Positions 44,543 through 55,600 of a stretch of 64,000 nt of DNA are shown piece after piece. The translations under genes were made by a program, and so were the position numbers. A model generated the notes under the pieces. It searched no databases. It worked only from the letters and a program-made list of their open reading frames with translations, and was not told the origin of the DNA. Every line of letters begins with the position of its first letter. Within the stretch, counting starts at the first letter, position 1. The DNA comes from an uncultured Woeseiaceae bacterium (lineage in GTDB: Bacteria > Pseudomonadota > Gammaproteobacteria > Steroidobacterales > Woeseiaceae), in assembly GCA_964533065.1 (NCBI GenBank), contig CAZHLE010000001.1:37-64036 (forward strand), read 5' to 3'.

Positions 44543-45015
44543 AGTTTGGTGGGATTCGGTGCGTCGCCGTAGACGGTGAGCGGGTCAAACACTTTTTTCG
44601 TATCGGTCCATTCAAGCGTGACCTCGCCTGCGGAACCGATCGGTACGCGACGATAGAAACAGCTGCGATAACCGACGTGGCAACTCGCGCCGCCGGCGAC
44701 GTCGACGCGCAGCCAGATACAATCCTGGTCGTCGTCGACCAGCAATTCGCGGACCTTTTGTACAAACCCACTGGTCGCGCCCTTGCGCCACAAAGCCTGG
44801 CGACTGCGGCTGAAGTAATGCGCCTCGCCGGTGCGGATGGTGAGCGCGAGCGCCTCGGCATTCATATAGCCCTGCATGAGCAGTTCGCCCGAGCCCGCGT
44901 CGGTCGTCACAGCGGTAATCAAGCCGCGGTCGTCGAATTTCGGAGCGAGCTCGTCGCCTTCCTCGACCTGCTCAATACTGAGGCGGGCCTTGAATTTGAA
45001 GGGTCCGGCGGTCAT
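44539..45015 (-). CDS. hisI: Phosphoribosyl-AMP cyclohydrolase (monofunctional HisI)
   Basis: LITAVTTD...[12 protein letters not shown]...[16 protein letters not shown]...DCIWLRVD...[12 protein letters not shown]; start at MTAGPF (residue 67 of the track ORF). Confidence 0.88.
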   Translation of the reverse strand: MTAGPFKFKARLSIEQVEEGDELAPKFDDRGLITAVTTDAGSGELLMQGYMNAEALALTIRTGEAHYFSRSRQALWRKGATSGFVQKVRELLVDDDQDCIWLRVDVAGGASCHVGYRSCFYRRVPIGSAGEVTLEWTDTKKVFDPLTVYGDAPNPTKL

Positions 45016-45099
45016 GGCGGGTCCTATTGAAAATCGGTGGCGGGGCGGCAGAATACAAGGCGCAGCCAGCAACGGCAATATTGCTATCATGCACGCCCT

Positions 45100-46479
45100 A
45101 TGACCATTCAACTGCACGATACCCGATCCGGGAGCAAGAAACCGTTTGTTCCGCTCAAAGAGGGCGAGGTGACCATGTACCTCTGCGGGCCGACGGTCTA
45201 CAACTATGCCCACATTGGCAACGCACGACCGGCGGTCGTATTTGATCTGCTCGCGCGACTGTTACGCCGGCGCTACAAGCTGACTTTTGCCCGCAACCTG
45301 ACCGACGTCGATGACAAGATCAATGCGGCAGCAAGCGAGTCGGGTAAAAGTATCGATGAGATTACGGCGCGCTTCATCAAGGCCTACAACGACGACATGA
45401 GCGCACTGGGCGTGCGGCCGCCGGACGTCGAACCTCGAGCGACGCAACATATTGCGGAGATGATTGAGATGATCGAGGCGCTGATCGCAAAGGGTCACGC
45501 CTATGAAGCGGAGGGGCACGTACTTTTCGATGTCGGCAGTCACGCTGGGTATGGACAGCTTTCGAAACGCGACCTGCGCGAAATGATTGCCGGCGCGCGC
45601 GTCGAGGTCGCTCCCTACAAGAAGGCCGCGCACGATTTCGTTTTATGGAAGCCGTCGACCCCGGACCTGCCGGGCTGGGACTCGCCCTGGGGCCGTGGTC
45701 GCCCGGGCTGGCATATCGAATGCTCGGCGATGGCGAAGAAACACCTCGGCGTGACTATCGACATTCACGCTGGCGGCCGCGACCTGATTTTCCCGCACCA
45801 TGAAAATGAAATGGCGCAAAGTTGCTGTGCACATGATGGCGCCGAGTTTGCGCGCTACTGGCTGCACAATGGCTTCCTGTCGATGGACAGCGAGAAGATG
45901 TCCAAGTCGTTGGGTAATGTACTGCTTGTGCACGATATGCTTGAGACAGTTCCGGGCGAAGTCATCCGACTGGCATTGCTGAGCGCACACTACAAGCAGC
46001 CGCTCGATTGGTCCGACGACACGATTCAATCCGCAAAGCGCATGCTGGATCGCCTTTACGGAGCCGTGCGTGGTATCGGAATCAGTGCCGAAACGCGGGC
46101 GGCCGCCGAAGCGCCCGCCGCGCTGGTCGCGGCGCTCGAGGACGATCTGAATTCGCCGCTCGCGCTCGCCGAATTCTTCGCGCTCGCGAAGCAACTCAAC
46201 AAAACCACTGACGTCCATGAAAGAGAGCGCCTTGCAGCGACGATGGTTGCGGCAGGCGAGTTGCTCGGTGTGTTGCAGTCCGATGCGGAAGACTGGTTTG
46301 CAGGCGATGTCGAAGGCGACATGTCGGCCGCCGACATCGAAGCGCTGATCACGAAACGCAATGCTGCGCGGGCGGCCAGGGACTTCAGCGCGGCGGATGG
46401 TTTTCGTAAGCAGCTGAATGACGCCGGTATCCAGATTGAAGACAGTGCCGATGGCACGACCTGGAAGCGCAGTGGCTAA
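45100..46479 (+). CDS. cysS: Cysteine--tRNA ligase
   Basis: [19 protein letters not shown] (HIGH), KMSKSLGN, zinc-site cysteines; internal ATG of track ORF 45037..46479. Confidence 0.96.
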   Translation: MTIQLHDTRSGSKKPFVPLKEGEVTMYLCGPTVYNYAHIGNARPAVVFDLLARLLRRRYKLTFARNLTDVDDKINAAASESGKSIDEITARFIKAYNDDMSALGVRPPDVEPRATQHIAEMIEMIEALIAKGHAYEAEGHVLFDVGSHAGYGQLSKRDLREMIAGARVEVAPYKKAAHDFVLWKPSTPDLPGWDSPWGRGRPGWHIECSAMAKKHLGVTIDIHAGGRDLIFPHHENEMAQSCCAHDGAEFARYWLHNGFLSMDSEKMSKSLGNVLLVHDMLETVPGEVIRLALLSAHYKQPLDWSDDTIQSAKRMLDRLYGAVRGIGISAETRAAAEAPAALVAALEDDLNSPLALAEFFALAKQLNKTTDVHERERLAATMVAAGELLGVLQSDAEDWFAGDVEGDMSAADIEALITKRNAARAARDFSAADGFRKQLNDAGIQIEDSADGTTWKRSG

Positions 46480-46897
46480 CGAAGTTCAGGCAGCGCAGGA
46501 TGAAGTGGTTGCGGAGTTTTCGTTGTTTGAGGACTGGATGGACCGCTACCAGTACCTGATCGACCTCGGCCGGCGCCTGCCGCCGCTGGCAGACACCGAG
46601 CTGATCGAGAGCAACAAGATCAAGGGCTGCCAGTCGCAGGTCTGGTTCGTGGCCGAGCAGCACGATGGCCGGCTGGTTTTCCGCGCGATCAGTGACGCGG
46701 CGATCGTGTCGGGCCTGATCGCCCTGTTATTGCGTATCTATAGCGGTCGACGGCCGCAGGACATACTCAATACGCCTCCTGCGTTTGTTTCACAACTGCA
46801 ACTCGAGCAGCACCTGAGCGCGACCCGTAGCAACGGGCTGGCATCCATGCTCAAGGCGATTCGCCGCTTCGCCACCGAGGCAGAGCAGGCTGCCTGA
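46451..46897 (+). CDS. sufE: SufE-like cysteine desulfuration (sulfur acceptor) protein
   Basis: [10 protein letters not shown] active-site motif, [24 protein letters not shown]; start is ATG 46451 or GTG 46472, and both overlap the cysS 3' end. Confidence 0.85.
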   Translation: MARPGSAVANEVQAAQDEVVAEFSLFEDWMDRYQYLIDLGRRLPPLADTELIESNKIKGCQSQVWFVAEQHDGRLVFRAISDAAIVSGLIALLLRIYSGRRPQDILNTPPAFVSQLQLEQHLSATRSNGLASMLKAIRRFATEAEQAA

Positions 46898-47160
46898 TGG
46901 GTAATGCTGTGGGCAGAGTGCTGGCCTGGCCCTTACTCGGGCTGGTCTGGCTGTATCGCCTCGCCATCTCGCCCTGGCTTGGCAACAACTGTCGCTACAC
47001 ACCGAGCTGTTCGCAATACGCCCTCGACGCGCTGCGCGTGCATGGCGCTTTTCGCGGCAGCTGGATGGCTTCAAAGCGCATCGGCCGCTGCCATCCCTGG
47101 GGTGGTTCCGGTTACGACCCGGTACCGGGAAAACAGGAGGATCCCGTTGGCGACGACTGA
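46897..47160 (+). CDS. yidD: Membrane protein insertion efficiency factor YidD
   Basis: [23 protein letters not shown]...[15 protein letters not shown] is canonical YidD; its ATG overlaps the sufE stop (TGATG). Confidence 0.9.
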   Translation: MGNAVGRVLAWPLLGLVWLYRLAISPWLGNNCRYTPSCSQYALDALRVHGAFRGSWMASKRIGRCHPWGGSGYDPVPGKQEDPVGDD

Positions 47161-47236
47161 TCTCGCTCGCGAACTGCTGTTGCCACTCACAAGTTCGGTG
47201 GTTCTGCTCGCGCTACGTATTTAACGCGTGGTCGTC

Positions 47237-47632
47237 TCAGGCCGTCAGGCAGCGTAAGCTGTCGCGACTGTTTTTCCAGTGTGCGCCCGCGAGCACCAGC
47301 GAGCCGAGTATTGTAAAAAGTCGGTCTGCAAGCGGACCAAGCGATGCGTGCGCGACGGTCGCGCCGATGATGAGCAGCAGCAGCCCCAGTCCGCCGGCAG
47401 CCAGGATGCGCGGATTGCGGTGCCGCCGGCAGCCGGTGGCGAAGGCGATGAGACTCAGCGGTACGACAACCAGTAGCAACTGGTAATGCAGGTGCGTGTC
47501 GGAAAACTGCGCCAGCAAGGGCAGGCCGATGACGAACAAGGGTAGCGCGAGGCAATGCATCATGCACAGCGCCGACAACGCGATGGCGACGCCGTCGAGC
47601 CAAGAACGGGATTTTTGTGTATCTTGATTCAT
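47237..47632 (-). CDS. MerC-domain membrane protein
   Basis: Four TM segments and N-terminal SALCMMHCLALP cysteine motif typical of MerC-like proteins; no merR/merA/merP nearby. Confidence 0.55.
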   Translation of the reverse strand: MNQDTQKSRSWLDGVAIALSALCMMHCLALPLFVIGLPLLAQFSDTHLHYQLLLVVVPLSLIAFATGCRRHRNPRILAAGGLGLLLLIIGATVAHASLGPLADRLFTILGSLVLAGAHWKNSRDSLRCLTA

Positions 47633-47726
47633 GGGGTGGCCGGGGCGCGAAGGATATAATATAACATTTTTAAACTCAAGCTTTTTAAAAACAACGACTT
47701 ACGATTGATACTAGCGATGGAAGACG

Positions 47727-47981
47727 ATGGATAAGCGACTGCTCGATATTCTTCACTGCCCCGTTACGCACAAACGCCTGGGGATGGCAAAGCCGGCGGT
47801 TCTGCAGGCCGTCAACGCGGCGATTGCGGCGGGCAAACTTTGCAACCGTGATGGTCAGGCGCTCAACGGGCCGCTGGCCGAGGCCTTGCTGACCGATGAT
47901 GGCAAGATCCTGTATCCGGTTGCGGATGGCATTCCGGTGCTGCTCGAAGGCGAGTCAGTCCACATGGAGCAACTGGGCTGA
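47727..47981 (+). CDS. Trm112 family (UPF0434/YcaR-like) protein
   Basis: LLDILHCPVT...YPVADGIPVLLEGE pattern. Confidence 0.75.
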   Translation: MDKRLLDILHCPVTHKRLGMAKPAVLQAVNAAIAAGKLCNRDGQALNGPLAEALLTDDGKILYPVADGIPVLLEGESVHMEQLG

Positions 47982-48045
47982 GCGCGCTTTTCGCATTCGG
48001 CAAGCGCCTGTATGATCCGGGCGTATACACGATGAATCAGACTGC

Positions 48046-49065
48046 GTGAAAATTCAGGCAAACCAGGTCCACTCGCACCTGCAGAAAAACCTGGCACGTT
48101 GCTATCTGGTCAGTGGTGACGAGCATCTGCTGGTCGCCGAGGTACTTGACGCAATCCGGGATGCTGCGCGCAGCAAGGGTTTCACGGCACGCGAGCTGCA
48201 CATCGCGACATCGGGTTTCGACTGGTCCTCACTGCGCAGTTCAACCGCAAACCTGTCCCTGTTTGCCGAGCGCCGTATCGTGGAGCTGCGCCTGCCGACC
48301 GGCAAGCCGGGACGGGACGGCAGTGCCGCTATCGCCGACCTGGTCGCAGAGACCGGGCCTGATCTGATGCTGATCGTGGTGGCATCCAAACTGGATCTCA
48401 GCAGCCAGTCCGCAAAATGGGTCAAGGCGCTGGATTCGGCTGGGGTCAACGTCACGATCTGGCCGATAGGCCCGAGAGAATTACCCGGCTGGATCGGCGA
48501 CCGCATGCGCCGGGCAGGATTGCAGCCCGATCGCGAGGCTGTCGCCATGATTGCGGAGCGGGTCGAGGGCAACCTGCTCGCCGCCGGACAGGAGATTGAG
48601 AAATTGCGTTTGCTGCATGGCGCGGGCGCGGTGTCGAGTGCGGACGTGAGCGCCGCGGTTGCGGACAGCAGTCGCTTTGACGTATTTAAACTTGTCGATG
48701 CAGCACTGGCCGGTGATGCCGGGCGCGCGGTAAGAATATTGTCCGGCCTGGGGGCGGAAGGCATTGAGCCTGTGGTCGTAGTCTGGTCGCTGACACGTGA
48801 ACTGCGGACTTTGGCGAACCTCGACGATCTCGTCGCGAGCGGCACCAGTCTCGCCAGCGCGATGCAAAAGGCCAGGATCTGGAGCAGCCGCGAGACCCTG
48901 GTTCGCGCCTGTATGGCTCGGCATCAACGCGGTGATTTCCATCGCCTGCTGAAGGCCTGTTGCCAGGCGGACCGGGCCGCCAAGGGACAGCTGCAAGCGG
49001 ATCCCTGGCAGGTGCTCACGCCGATTTTGCTGGAACTGGCACTGGGCCAGCGGAAGGCCGCGTGA
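48046..49065 (+). CDS. holA: DNA polymerase III subunit delta
   Basis: YLVSGDEHLL, LFAERRIVELR, size, and position upstream of nadD; GTG start. Confidence 0.88.
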   Translation: MKIQANQVHSHLQKNLARCYLVSGDEHLLVAEVLDAIRDAARSKGFTARELHIATSGFDWSSLRSSTANLSLFAERRIVELRLPTGKPGRDGSAAIADLVAETGPDLMLIVVASKLDLSSQSAKWVKALDSAGVNVTIWPIGPRELPGWIGDRMRRAGLQPDREAVAMIAERVEGNLLAAGQEIEKLRLLHGAGAVSSADVSAAVADSSRFDVFKLVDAALAGDAGRAVRILSGLGAEGIEPVVVVWSLTRELRTLANLDDLVASGTSLASAMQKARIWSSRETLVRACMARHQRGDFHRLLKACCQADRAAKGQLQADPWQVLTPILLELALGQRKAA

Positions 49066-49093
49066 ATTGCGGTCGCGACGGGGCCATCGACAG

Positions 49094-49741
49094 ATGAGCC
49101 CGATCGGGATTTTCGGCGGCACTTTTGATCCCATTCACTACGGTCACTTGCGAACCGCATTCGAAATGCTGCAGGCGTTGCGTTTCGCGACGGTTCGTTT
49201 CGTGCCGAGCGGCGATCCGCCACATCGTGGTCGTACCTATGCGCCGGCCGCACTGCGCCTGGAAATGGTGCGAGCAGCAACGGCGAATGAACCCGGTTTC
49301 ATTGTCGACGATTGCGAGGTAAAGCGCGCTGGTCCCTCGTATTCGGTTGATACGCTTGCCTTGATTCGCCAGCAATACCCGACCTCATCCCTGAGCCTGA
49401 TTGTTGGCATGGATGCATTTCTCGGGCTGACCCGTTGGAGTCGCTGGGAAGACATACTCGGCTACGCACATATTGTGGTTGCGCATCGGCCAGGCTGGCG
49501 AGCGCCCGACATCGGTCCGCTTGGCGAATTGATTACGGAACACGGAACGCATCGTATCGACGATCTTCATGAAAGGATCAGTGGCCACATTTACATTCAT
49601 GCGGTCACGCAGCTTGAGATTTCGTCGACAGAAATCCGCGACCTCGTGGTGGCGGGCAGGGATCCGCGCTTCCTGATGCCAGACGTCGTGCGCGACATTA
49701 TCGTCAATAGTCATTGTTACCAAACAGGAGAATCGATTTGA
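49094..49741 (+). CDS. nadD: Nicotinate-nucleotide adenylyltransferase
   Basis: [14 protein letters not shown] motif; start at MSPIG (residue 10 of the track ORF). Confidence 0.93.
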   Translation: MSPIGIFGGTFDPIHYGHLRTAFEMLQALRFATVRFVPSGDPPHRGRTYAPAALRLEMVRAATANEPGFIVDDCEVKRAGPSYSVDTLALIRQQYPTSSLSLIVGMDAFLGLTRWSRWEDILGYAHIVVAHRPGWRAPDIGPLGELITEHGTHRIDDLHERISGHIYIHAVTQLEISSTEIRDLVVAGRDPRFLMPDVVRDIIVNSHCYQTGESI

Positions 49742-49760
49742 TCAATTTGGTGAACGAGGC

Positions 49761-50114
49761 ATGAATAGCGAGCAGCTTTGTACTCTCATCATCGATGCAC
49801 TGGACGACGTCAAAGCGAAAAACATCGTCAAGCTGGATGTGCGCAATATGACCGGCGTTACGGACTACATGATCATCGCCAGCGGTACGTCGAACCGCCA
49901 TGTCAGGTCACTGGTTGACAATGTCGCCGAGAAGGCGCGCGAAGCCGGCATCCGGCCTATCGGCATGGAAGGCGAGGAGGGAGGTGAATGGGTATTGCTC
50001 GATCTTCAGGATGCGTTGCTTCACGTCATGCTGCCGACAGTGCGTGATTTCTACAATCTCGAGAAACTCTGGTCACTGGAGGCAAGCTGCGATCTGGCAG
50101 CGACTGATCGCTAG
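49761..50114 (+). CDS. rsfS: Ribosome silencing factor RsfS
   Basis: [14 protein letters not shown] and WVLLD...[13 protein letters not shown] motifs. Confidence 0.93.
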   Translation: MNSEQLCTLIIDALDDVKAKNIVKLDVRNMTGVTDYMIIASGTSNRHVRSLVDNVAEKAREAGIRPIGMEGEEGGEWVLLDLQDALLHVMLPTVRDFYNLEKLWSLEASCDLAATDR

Positions 50115-50584
50115 TGCATATTCGATTGCTCGCTGTCGGCGATCGTCAGCCGGACTGGGTTGACGACGCGGCGAAAAACTACAGCGGGCGCCTGCCGCGC
50201 GAATGGAAATTTCGTATTGACTGTTTGCCAACTGCACGACGCGCGAAAGGCAGCAGTGCGCAGAACGCCGTGGAATCCGAGGGCGAACAGCTGCTGGCGC
50301 GAATCAAAAACGATGAGCAGGTCGTGCTGCTCGACGAAAAAGGCAGCCAGTATTCGAGCCAGGCCCTGGCAACGCGACTTTCCGAATGGCAGCAGGATGG
50401 CCGTGACTTGTGCTTTGTCATCGGTGGTCCGGACGGCGTATCAGCTACCTGCCGGCAACGCGCCGACATGGTGTGGTCGCTTTCCAGCCTGACGCTTCCA
50501 CATGGCCTTGCGCGTGTATTGTTGCTCGAGCAGCTGTACCGCGCCTGGTCACTGCAAAACGGACACCCTTATCATCGTGAGTGA
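50114..50584 (+). CDS. rlmH: 23S rRNA (pseudouridine1915-N3)-methyltransferase RlmH
   Basis: SPOUT family, FVIGGPDG...LPHGLARVLLLEQLYRA; GTG start. Confidence 0.93.
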   Translation: MHIRLLAVGDRQPDWVDDAAKNYSGRLPREWKFRIDCLPTARRAKGSSAQNAVESEGEQLLARIKNDEQVVLLDEKGSQYSSQALATRLSEWQQDGRDLCFVIGGPDGVSATCRQRADMVWSLSSLTLPHGLARVLLLEQLYRAWSLQNGHPYHRE

Positions 50585-51173
50585 TCACCGCCCCGTGCTG
50601 CACCTGGCGTCCGCATCGCCACGGCGCGCGGCGATCCTTGAGTCGTTGGGCATCATGTTTACCGCGGCCGGCGTGGATATCGATGAGCGGCGCCGCGGGG
50701 ACGAGCCGGCCGATGCCATGGTGTTGCGGCTGGCAACGGAAAAGGCGGTTGCGGCGCGGTCGAGCCGCGCCGCGCCCGTGCTGGCAGCGGATACCGTGGT
50801 GGTTGTCGATAGCGAAGTGCTGGGCAAGCCGCGGAACCAGGCGGATGCGCTCGCCATGCTGGCACGATTATCCGGTCGCAGCCATCAGGTCATGACCGGT
50901 GTGGCGCTGCATTGGGAGGGAAACCAGCGGACCGCGTTGTCTGTGACCGGGGTGACGTTTCGCGATATTGGTCCTGACGAGGCGCTCGCCTACTGGCGAA
51001 GTGGGGAGCCCTGTGACAAGGCCGGGGCGTATGCTATTCAGGGCCTCGGCGGCGTGTTCGTCGAGCGCATCAATGGCAGTTTTACCGGGGTGGTGGGGTT
51101 GCCGGTTTTTGAAACGGCCGCGCTGCTGGGCCTGGCTGGAATCAGCGTAGTAAAGGGTGTAGCTGGATCATGA
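50577..51173 (+). CDS. maf: Maf-like nucleoside-triphosphate pyrophosphatase
   Basis: LASASPRRAAIL, ADTVVV, KAGAYAIQG motifs; GTG start overlaps rlmH by 8 nt. Confidence 0.9.
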   Translation: MSDHRPVLHLASASPRRAAILESLGIMFTAAGVDIDERRRGDEPADAMVLRLATEKAVAARSSRAAPVLAADTVVVVDSEVLGKPRNQADALAMLARLSGRSHQVMTGVALHWEGNQRTALSVTGVTFRDIGPDEALAYWRSGEPCDKAGAYAIQGLGGVFVERINGSFTGVVGLPVFETAALLGLAGISVVKGVAGS

Positions 51174-52651
51174 GTGACGAATCTTACCGCGAGGAAATTC
51201 TCATCAATGTGACGCCGAGCGAGGTGCGTGCCGCTTTACTCGAGAATGGCGTGTTACAGGAAGTGCACATTGAGCGCGCGGCGCTGCGCGGCGTTATCGG
51301 CAACATCTACAAGGGCCGCGTAACGCGTGTCTTGCCGGGTATGCAGGCAGCATTCGTCGAAATAGGCCTGCAACGCACCGCATTCCTGCATGTTTCGGAT
51401 ATCGCCCGTCGCAATGGCAATCCTGCGGACGGACCGGTCGAACGCGATATTCGTGACGTGGTCAAAGAGGGCGATGAGCTGCTGGTCCAGGTTGCCAAGG
51501 ACCCGCTGGGTAACAAAGGTGCCCGGCTGACGACCTATATCACGCTGCCGTCGAGGCACCTGGTGTTGCTGCCATATGGTGACGCGGTTGGCGTCTCGGC
51601 GCGCATTGAGGAGGACGCCGAGCGCGAGCGTTTGCGCACGATGGTCGAGCGATTGCAGGCGGAACAGGGAATTTCGGGCGGCGTTATCGTCCGCACGGTT
51701 GCCGAAGGCGCCATGGAAGAGGCGCTGCAAGCCGATCTCAAGTACCTCTGCAGGTTGTGGGAGGTCGTTCAGCTCACGTGCAGCAAAGCCGGCGTAAAAA
51801 CCTTGGTACATGAGGATTTGTCACTGCCGCTGCGAGTGTTGCGAGACTTTGTGACGAGTGATGTGAAGAGCATTCTCGTCGATTCGGCCGAGGATATTGC
51901 CGCCATGCGCGAGTTTTCGGCTACGTTTTTGCCGGAAGTAGCAGCCATGCTTGAGCTGTACCAGCGCCGCCGCCCGATATTTGATCTGCACTCGATCGAA
52001 GATGAGATCAAGCGCTCGCTGGATCGTAGCATCCCGCTCAAATCAGGTGGCCGTATTGTATTTGACCAGACCGAGGCGATGACCACGGTTGATGTCAATA
52101 CGGGTGGTTATGTGGGGCATCGCAATCTCGAGGAGACTATTTATCGCACCAACCTGGAAGCTGCGGTTGCCATTGCCCGGCAACTTCGCCTGCGCAATCT
52201 CGGCGGCATCATTATTATTGACTTTATCGACATGGAAGAAGCTGAGCATCGCGACAACGTGCTGGCGCTGTTGCATCAGTCGCTGAAAAAAGACCATGCG
52301 CGCCACCAGTTTTCGCCGATATCACCGCTCGGACTGGTTGAAATGACGCGCAAACGCACTCGCGAGAGCCTGCAGCACATACTTTGCGAGGATTGCCCGG
52401 GCTGTAATGGCCGCGGTTTCGTGCTCAAAGCGGAAACGGTCTGTTTCGAGGTGTTTCGCGAGGTCATTCGACAGTCACGGCAATTTGATTTCGAGACGGC
52501 GATGGTGCTGGCGCACCAGGACGTCATTGAAATGCTGCTCGACGAGCATGCGCCGAACCTGGCCAAGCTGGAGCAACAGACCGGAAAGTCGATCCGGCTG
52601 CAGCCCGAATCGCTGTACCTGCAAGACCAGTTTGATGTTGTCTTGATGTGA
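51170..52651 (+). CDS. rng: Ribonuclease G
   Basis: S1 domain (GNIYKGRVTRVLPGMQAAFVEIG), RNase E/G catalytic core (IVFDQTEAMTTVDVNTG). Confidence 0.95.
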   Translation: MSDESYREEILINVTPSEVRAALLENGVLQEVHIERAALRGVIGNIYKGRVTRVLPGMQAAFVEIGLQRTAFLHVSDIARRNGNPADGPVERDIRDVVKEGDELLVQVAKDPLGNKGARLTTYITLPSRHLVLLPYGDAVGVSARIEEDAERERLRTMVERLQAEQGISGGVIVRTVAEGAMEEALQADLKYLCRLWEVVQLTCSKAGVKTLVHEDLSLPLRVLRDFVTSDVKSILVDSAEDIAAMREFSATFLPEVAAMLELYQRRRPIFDLHSIEDEIKRSLDRSIPLKSGGRIVFDQTEAMTTVDVNTGGYVGHRNLEETIYRTNLEAAVAIARQLRLRNLGGIIIIDFIDMEEAEHRDNVLALLHQSLKKDHARHQFSPISPLGLVEMTRKRTRESLQHILCEDCPGCNGRGFVLKAETVCFEVFREVIRQSRQFDFETAMVLAHQDVIEMLLDEHAPNLAKLEQQTGKSIRLQPESLYLQDQFDVVLM

Positions 52652-55600
52652 TGCGCCTGATACTGCGGCGGCTACTCAAGATCCTGGCGTATGCGGGCGC
52701 CTGCGTGGTCATTTTACTGGCCATTGCGCTGGGTTTGTTTCGCCTGTTCTTGCCACGCCTGCCCGAGTACCAGGAGAACATCAAGTCCTGGGCCAGTGCG
52801 GCCATTGGGTTGGAAGTTCAGTTTTCCGACATGAACGCGCGCTGGGGCCTGCGCGGTCCCGAGGTGGAGTTTTATCGTGCCGAGTTGATTTCGCCGGACA
52901 CGGAGAAACGTATCGTTGCCGCGCAGAAAGTCAGTGTCGGCATCGGGCTGACGCGTTTCCTGACGGATCGCAAAGCCGTCGTCGATCGGGTCGTTGTTAC
53001 CGAAACGACAGTCGAAGTCCGGCAACTCGAGAATGGCGAATGGTGGATCCAGGGCGGCCCGCCCGACCAGTTGCTGCCAAAGCGCTCAGTGAATGCGGCC
53101 CCGGGAGATGGTGCGAGGATCGAGATTATTGGCGAAGATCTGATCCTGCTTTTTTTACAGCCGGGCGATGAGCGGCCGCGCGAGTTCCTGATTCCACGGC
53201 TGCTGATCAGCCGGGACAGTGTGCGCATCGCGATTGACGCCCAGGTTGAATTACCAAGCGACCTCGGACAGCGCCTGATGGTCACCGCGACGCGTCTTTT
53301 GGAATCGGGCGAGGGACAAGAGGAATGGCAACTGGGCGTTGAAGCGAACGAGCTGGAGCTGGCCGGTGTTTCGATGCTGCACACGAGCGAGGCAGCCCGG
53401 TTTGATTCCGGTCGAGGTGACATACGCCTGTCCCTGCGGGTGTCGGCGAATGGTGTCAGCCGGGCCGTCGCTGACGTAGATTTAGACGAAGTCGGCGCCT
53501 CTGGCGCCACCCCGTTTTCCTTTGATGGCCGGTTTGAGTATTTGCGCGACGACGACAGCTGGCTGGTCGCGGCCAATGATTTTCGGCTGGAAACGACCAA
53601 CGGGTTCTGGCCACCGACGGACTTGCGCGTCGAGGCCGGTGCCACTGCGGATGGCAGCATGAGCATGCTCGATATTGAGGCATCGTACCTGAAGCTCGAC
53701 GATATCCAGGTGCTGCGCCCGTGGTTGCCGGCAGCACAACAAGCAATGCTGACCGACTTTGCACCGGACGGCATTGTGCGCAACCTCAAGGCAGTCCTCA
53801 GTGATCTCGATACCGGGCAGCCACGATTTGATGTGGCGGCCGAGTTTGATCGCATCGGTATTGCGGCCAGCGAAAAGTTTCCCGGTGTCAGAGGTTTCTC
53901 TGGCGTGTTGCGATCGGATGCCACAGGCGGACTATTTGAACTGCGATCGACAGACTTGTCGATCGCGGTGCCGCAGTACCTGGCAGAGGCTATCCCGCTG
54001 GATCAGCTGCGGGGAACCCTGTTCTGGCGCCGTGGTGGCAATCGCACAACTTTGTTGTCGGACAGCATCGTTTTCAGTAATGCGGATTTTCATTTCGCAA
54101 CCAGCGTTGAATTGACGCTGGAAGACGGTGATCGACTGCCGGTTGTCGATCTGGCGACGATCTGGAGCGTCAACGACATTTCAGTGGCGAAAAAATACAT
54201 CCCCTATATTCCGCGAATCCCGCGAACCAGCGAGTGGTTCCAGGAAGGCCTGCTGGCCGGCAGTATTCCGCGCGGCACGGTCCGCTTGTATGGCCCGATG
54301 GACAAATGGCCATTCGACGGCGGCGAGGGCCGTTTCCTGGTTGAGGCGAACTTGCGCGATGCACGGATTTTGTACCAGCGACGCTGGCCGGTCGCGACGG
54401 TACCCGACCTCGATATGGTGATCGACAACATGCGCCTGTACACCGAGCGCAACATCATCATCAATGAAGGCAATGAAATTACCAACGCGAAAATCGAAAT
54501 CGGTGATTTTCGTGCGCCAGTTCTTGAGGTCAGTGGTGCCTCGGCCGGGCCGTTGGACTCCATGCGGGCGTTGCTGGCGAACAGCCCGCTGGGTACCGAC
54601 ATATTCAAAGGAAATCTCGATCGGATTTCAGCAAGCGGTGACGGCGCATTTGACCTCAGTCTGCGCGTGCCGATTCGCGACTGGCAGAGTTTCGAATTCA
54701 GCGCCCGTGTTGAAGCTAATGACGCAAGCCTCAAGATGCAGGGCTTTCCCGCGCCGCTCACCGACCTCAGTGGCGTCGTGACCGTGGGGCGCGAGGACAT
54801 CAGCAGCGAATCATTGAGCGGCATGTTCCTCGGTAGCCCGGTCAGCATTGAGCTGCGCCCGGCTACCGAAAGCATGCCCGATTACCGCATTATCGGAACG
54901 GCGAACGGCACCGCCACGGCGGAGGCACTGGTGAATGAGCTGGGCTTGCCGCTGGCGGGTTCCCTGACAGGGGCGACGGAATTCGAGGCGCGCATGTTGT
55001 TCGCGCGTGGTGAACAGGAGCTGCGGAAACCATTCACTATCGAGTTATCGAGCACGCTGGCTGGTATCGGCATCGATCTGCCGCAGCCTTTTAACAAACC
55101 GGCCGAAGATGCGTGGCCGCTAACTGCCAGCATCGAAATGCCCTTTGCAAGCGAGGTGATTACAACCCACGGGGGCGTGCAGGATTTCCTGTCATGGCGG
55201 CTCGCATTTTCCAGGGAACAGGATCGCTGGGGTCTCGACCGTGGTGTCGTAGCTTTCGGTGCCGAAGCCGCAACGGAAGCGGAGACACGTGGCCTGCATT
55301 TTCGGGGTCACGCGAAGCAGGTAAGGATGCAGGACTGGTTTGATCGCATGAAGCAGTCTGACTCTGACACGGGCATTGGTGATCGCATACGTTCGGCCAA
55401 CATGCTGATTGACGAGTTTTACCTGTTTGGTCAGCGCATCGTCGGTCATCGCGTGCGCTTCGATCGCAGCGCCGAGGAGTGGCTGGTACAGTTCACGGGG
55501 CCCGAGATTACGGGGTCCGCCTATGTCCCTTACGATTTCACCGTCGGCCGACCGCTGGTCATCGACATGCAAAGACTGGTGTTGCCAGGCGACGAGGACG

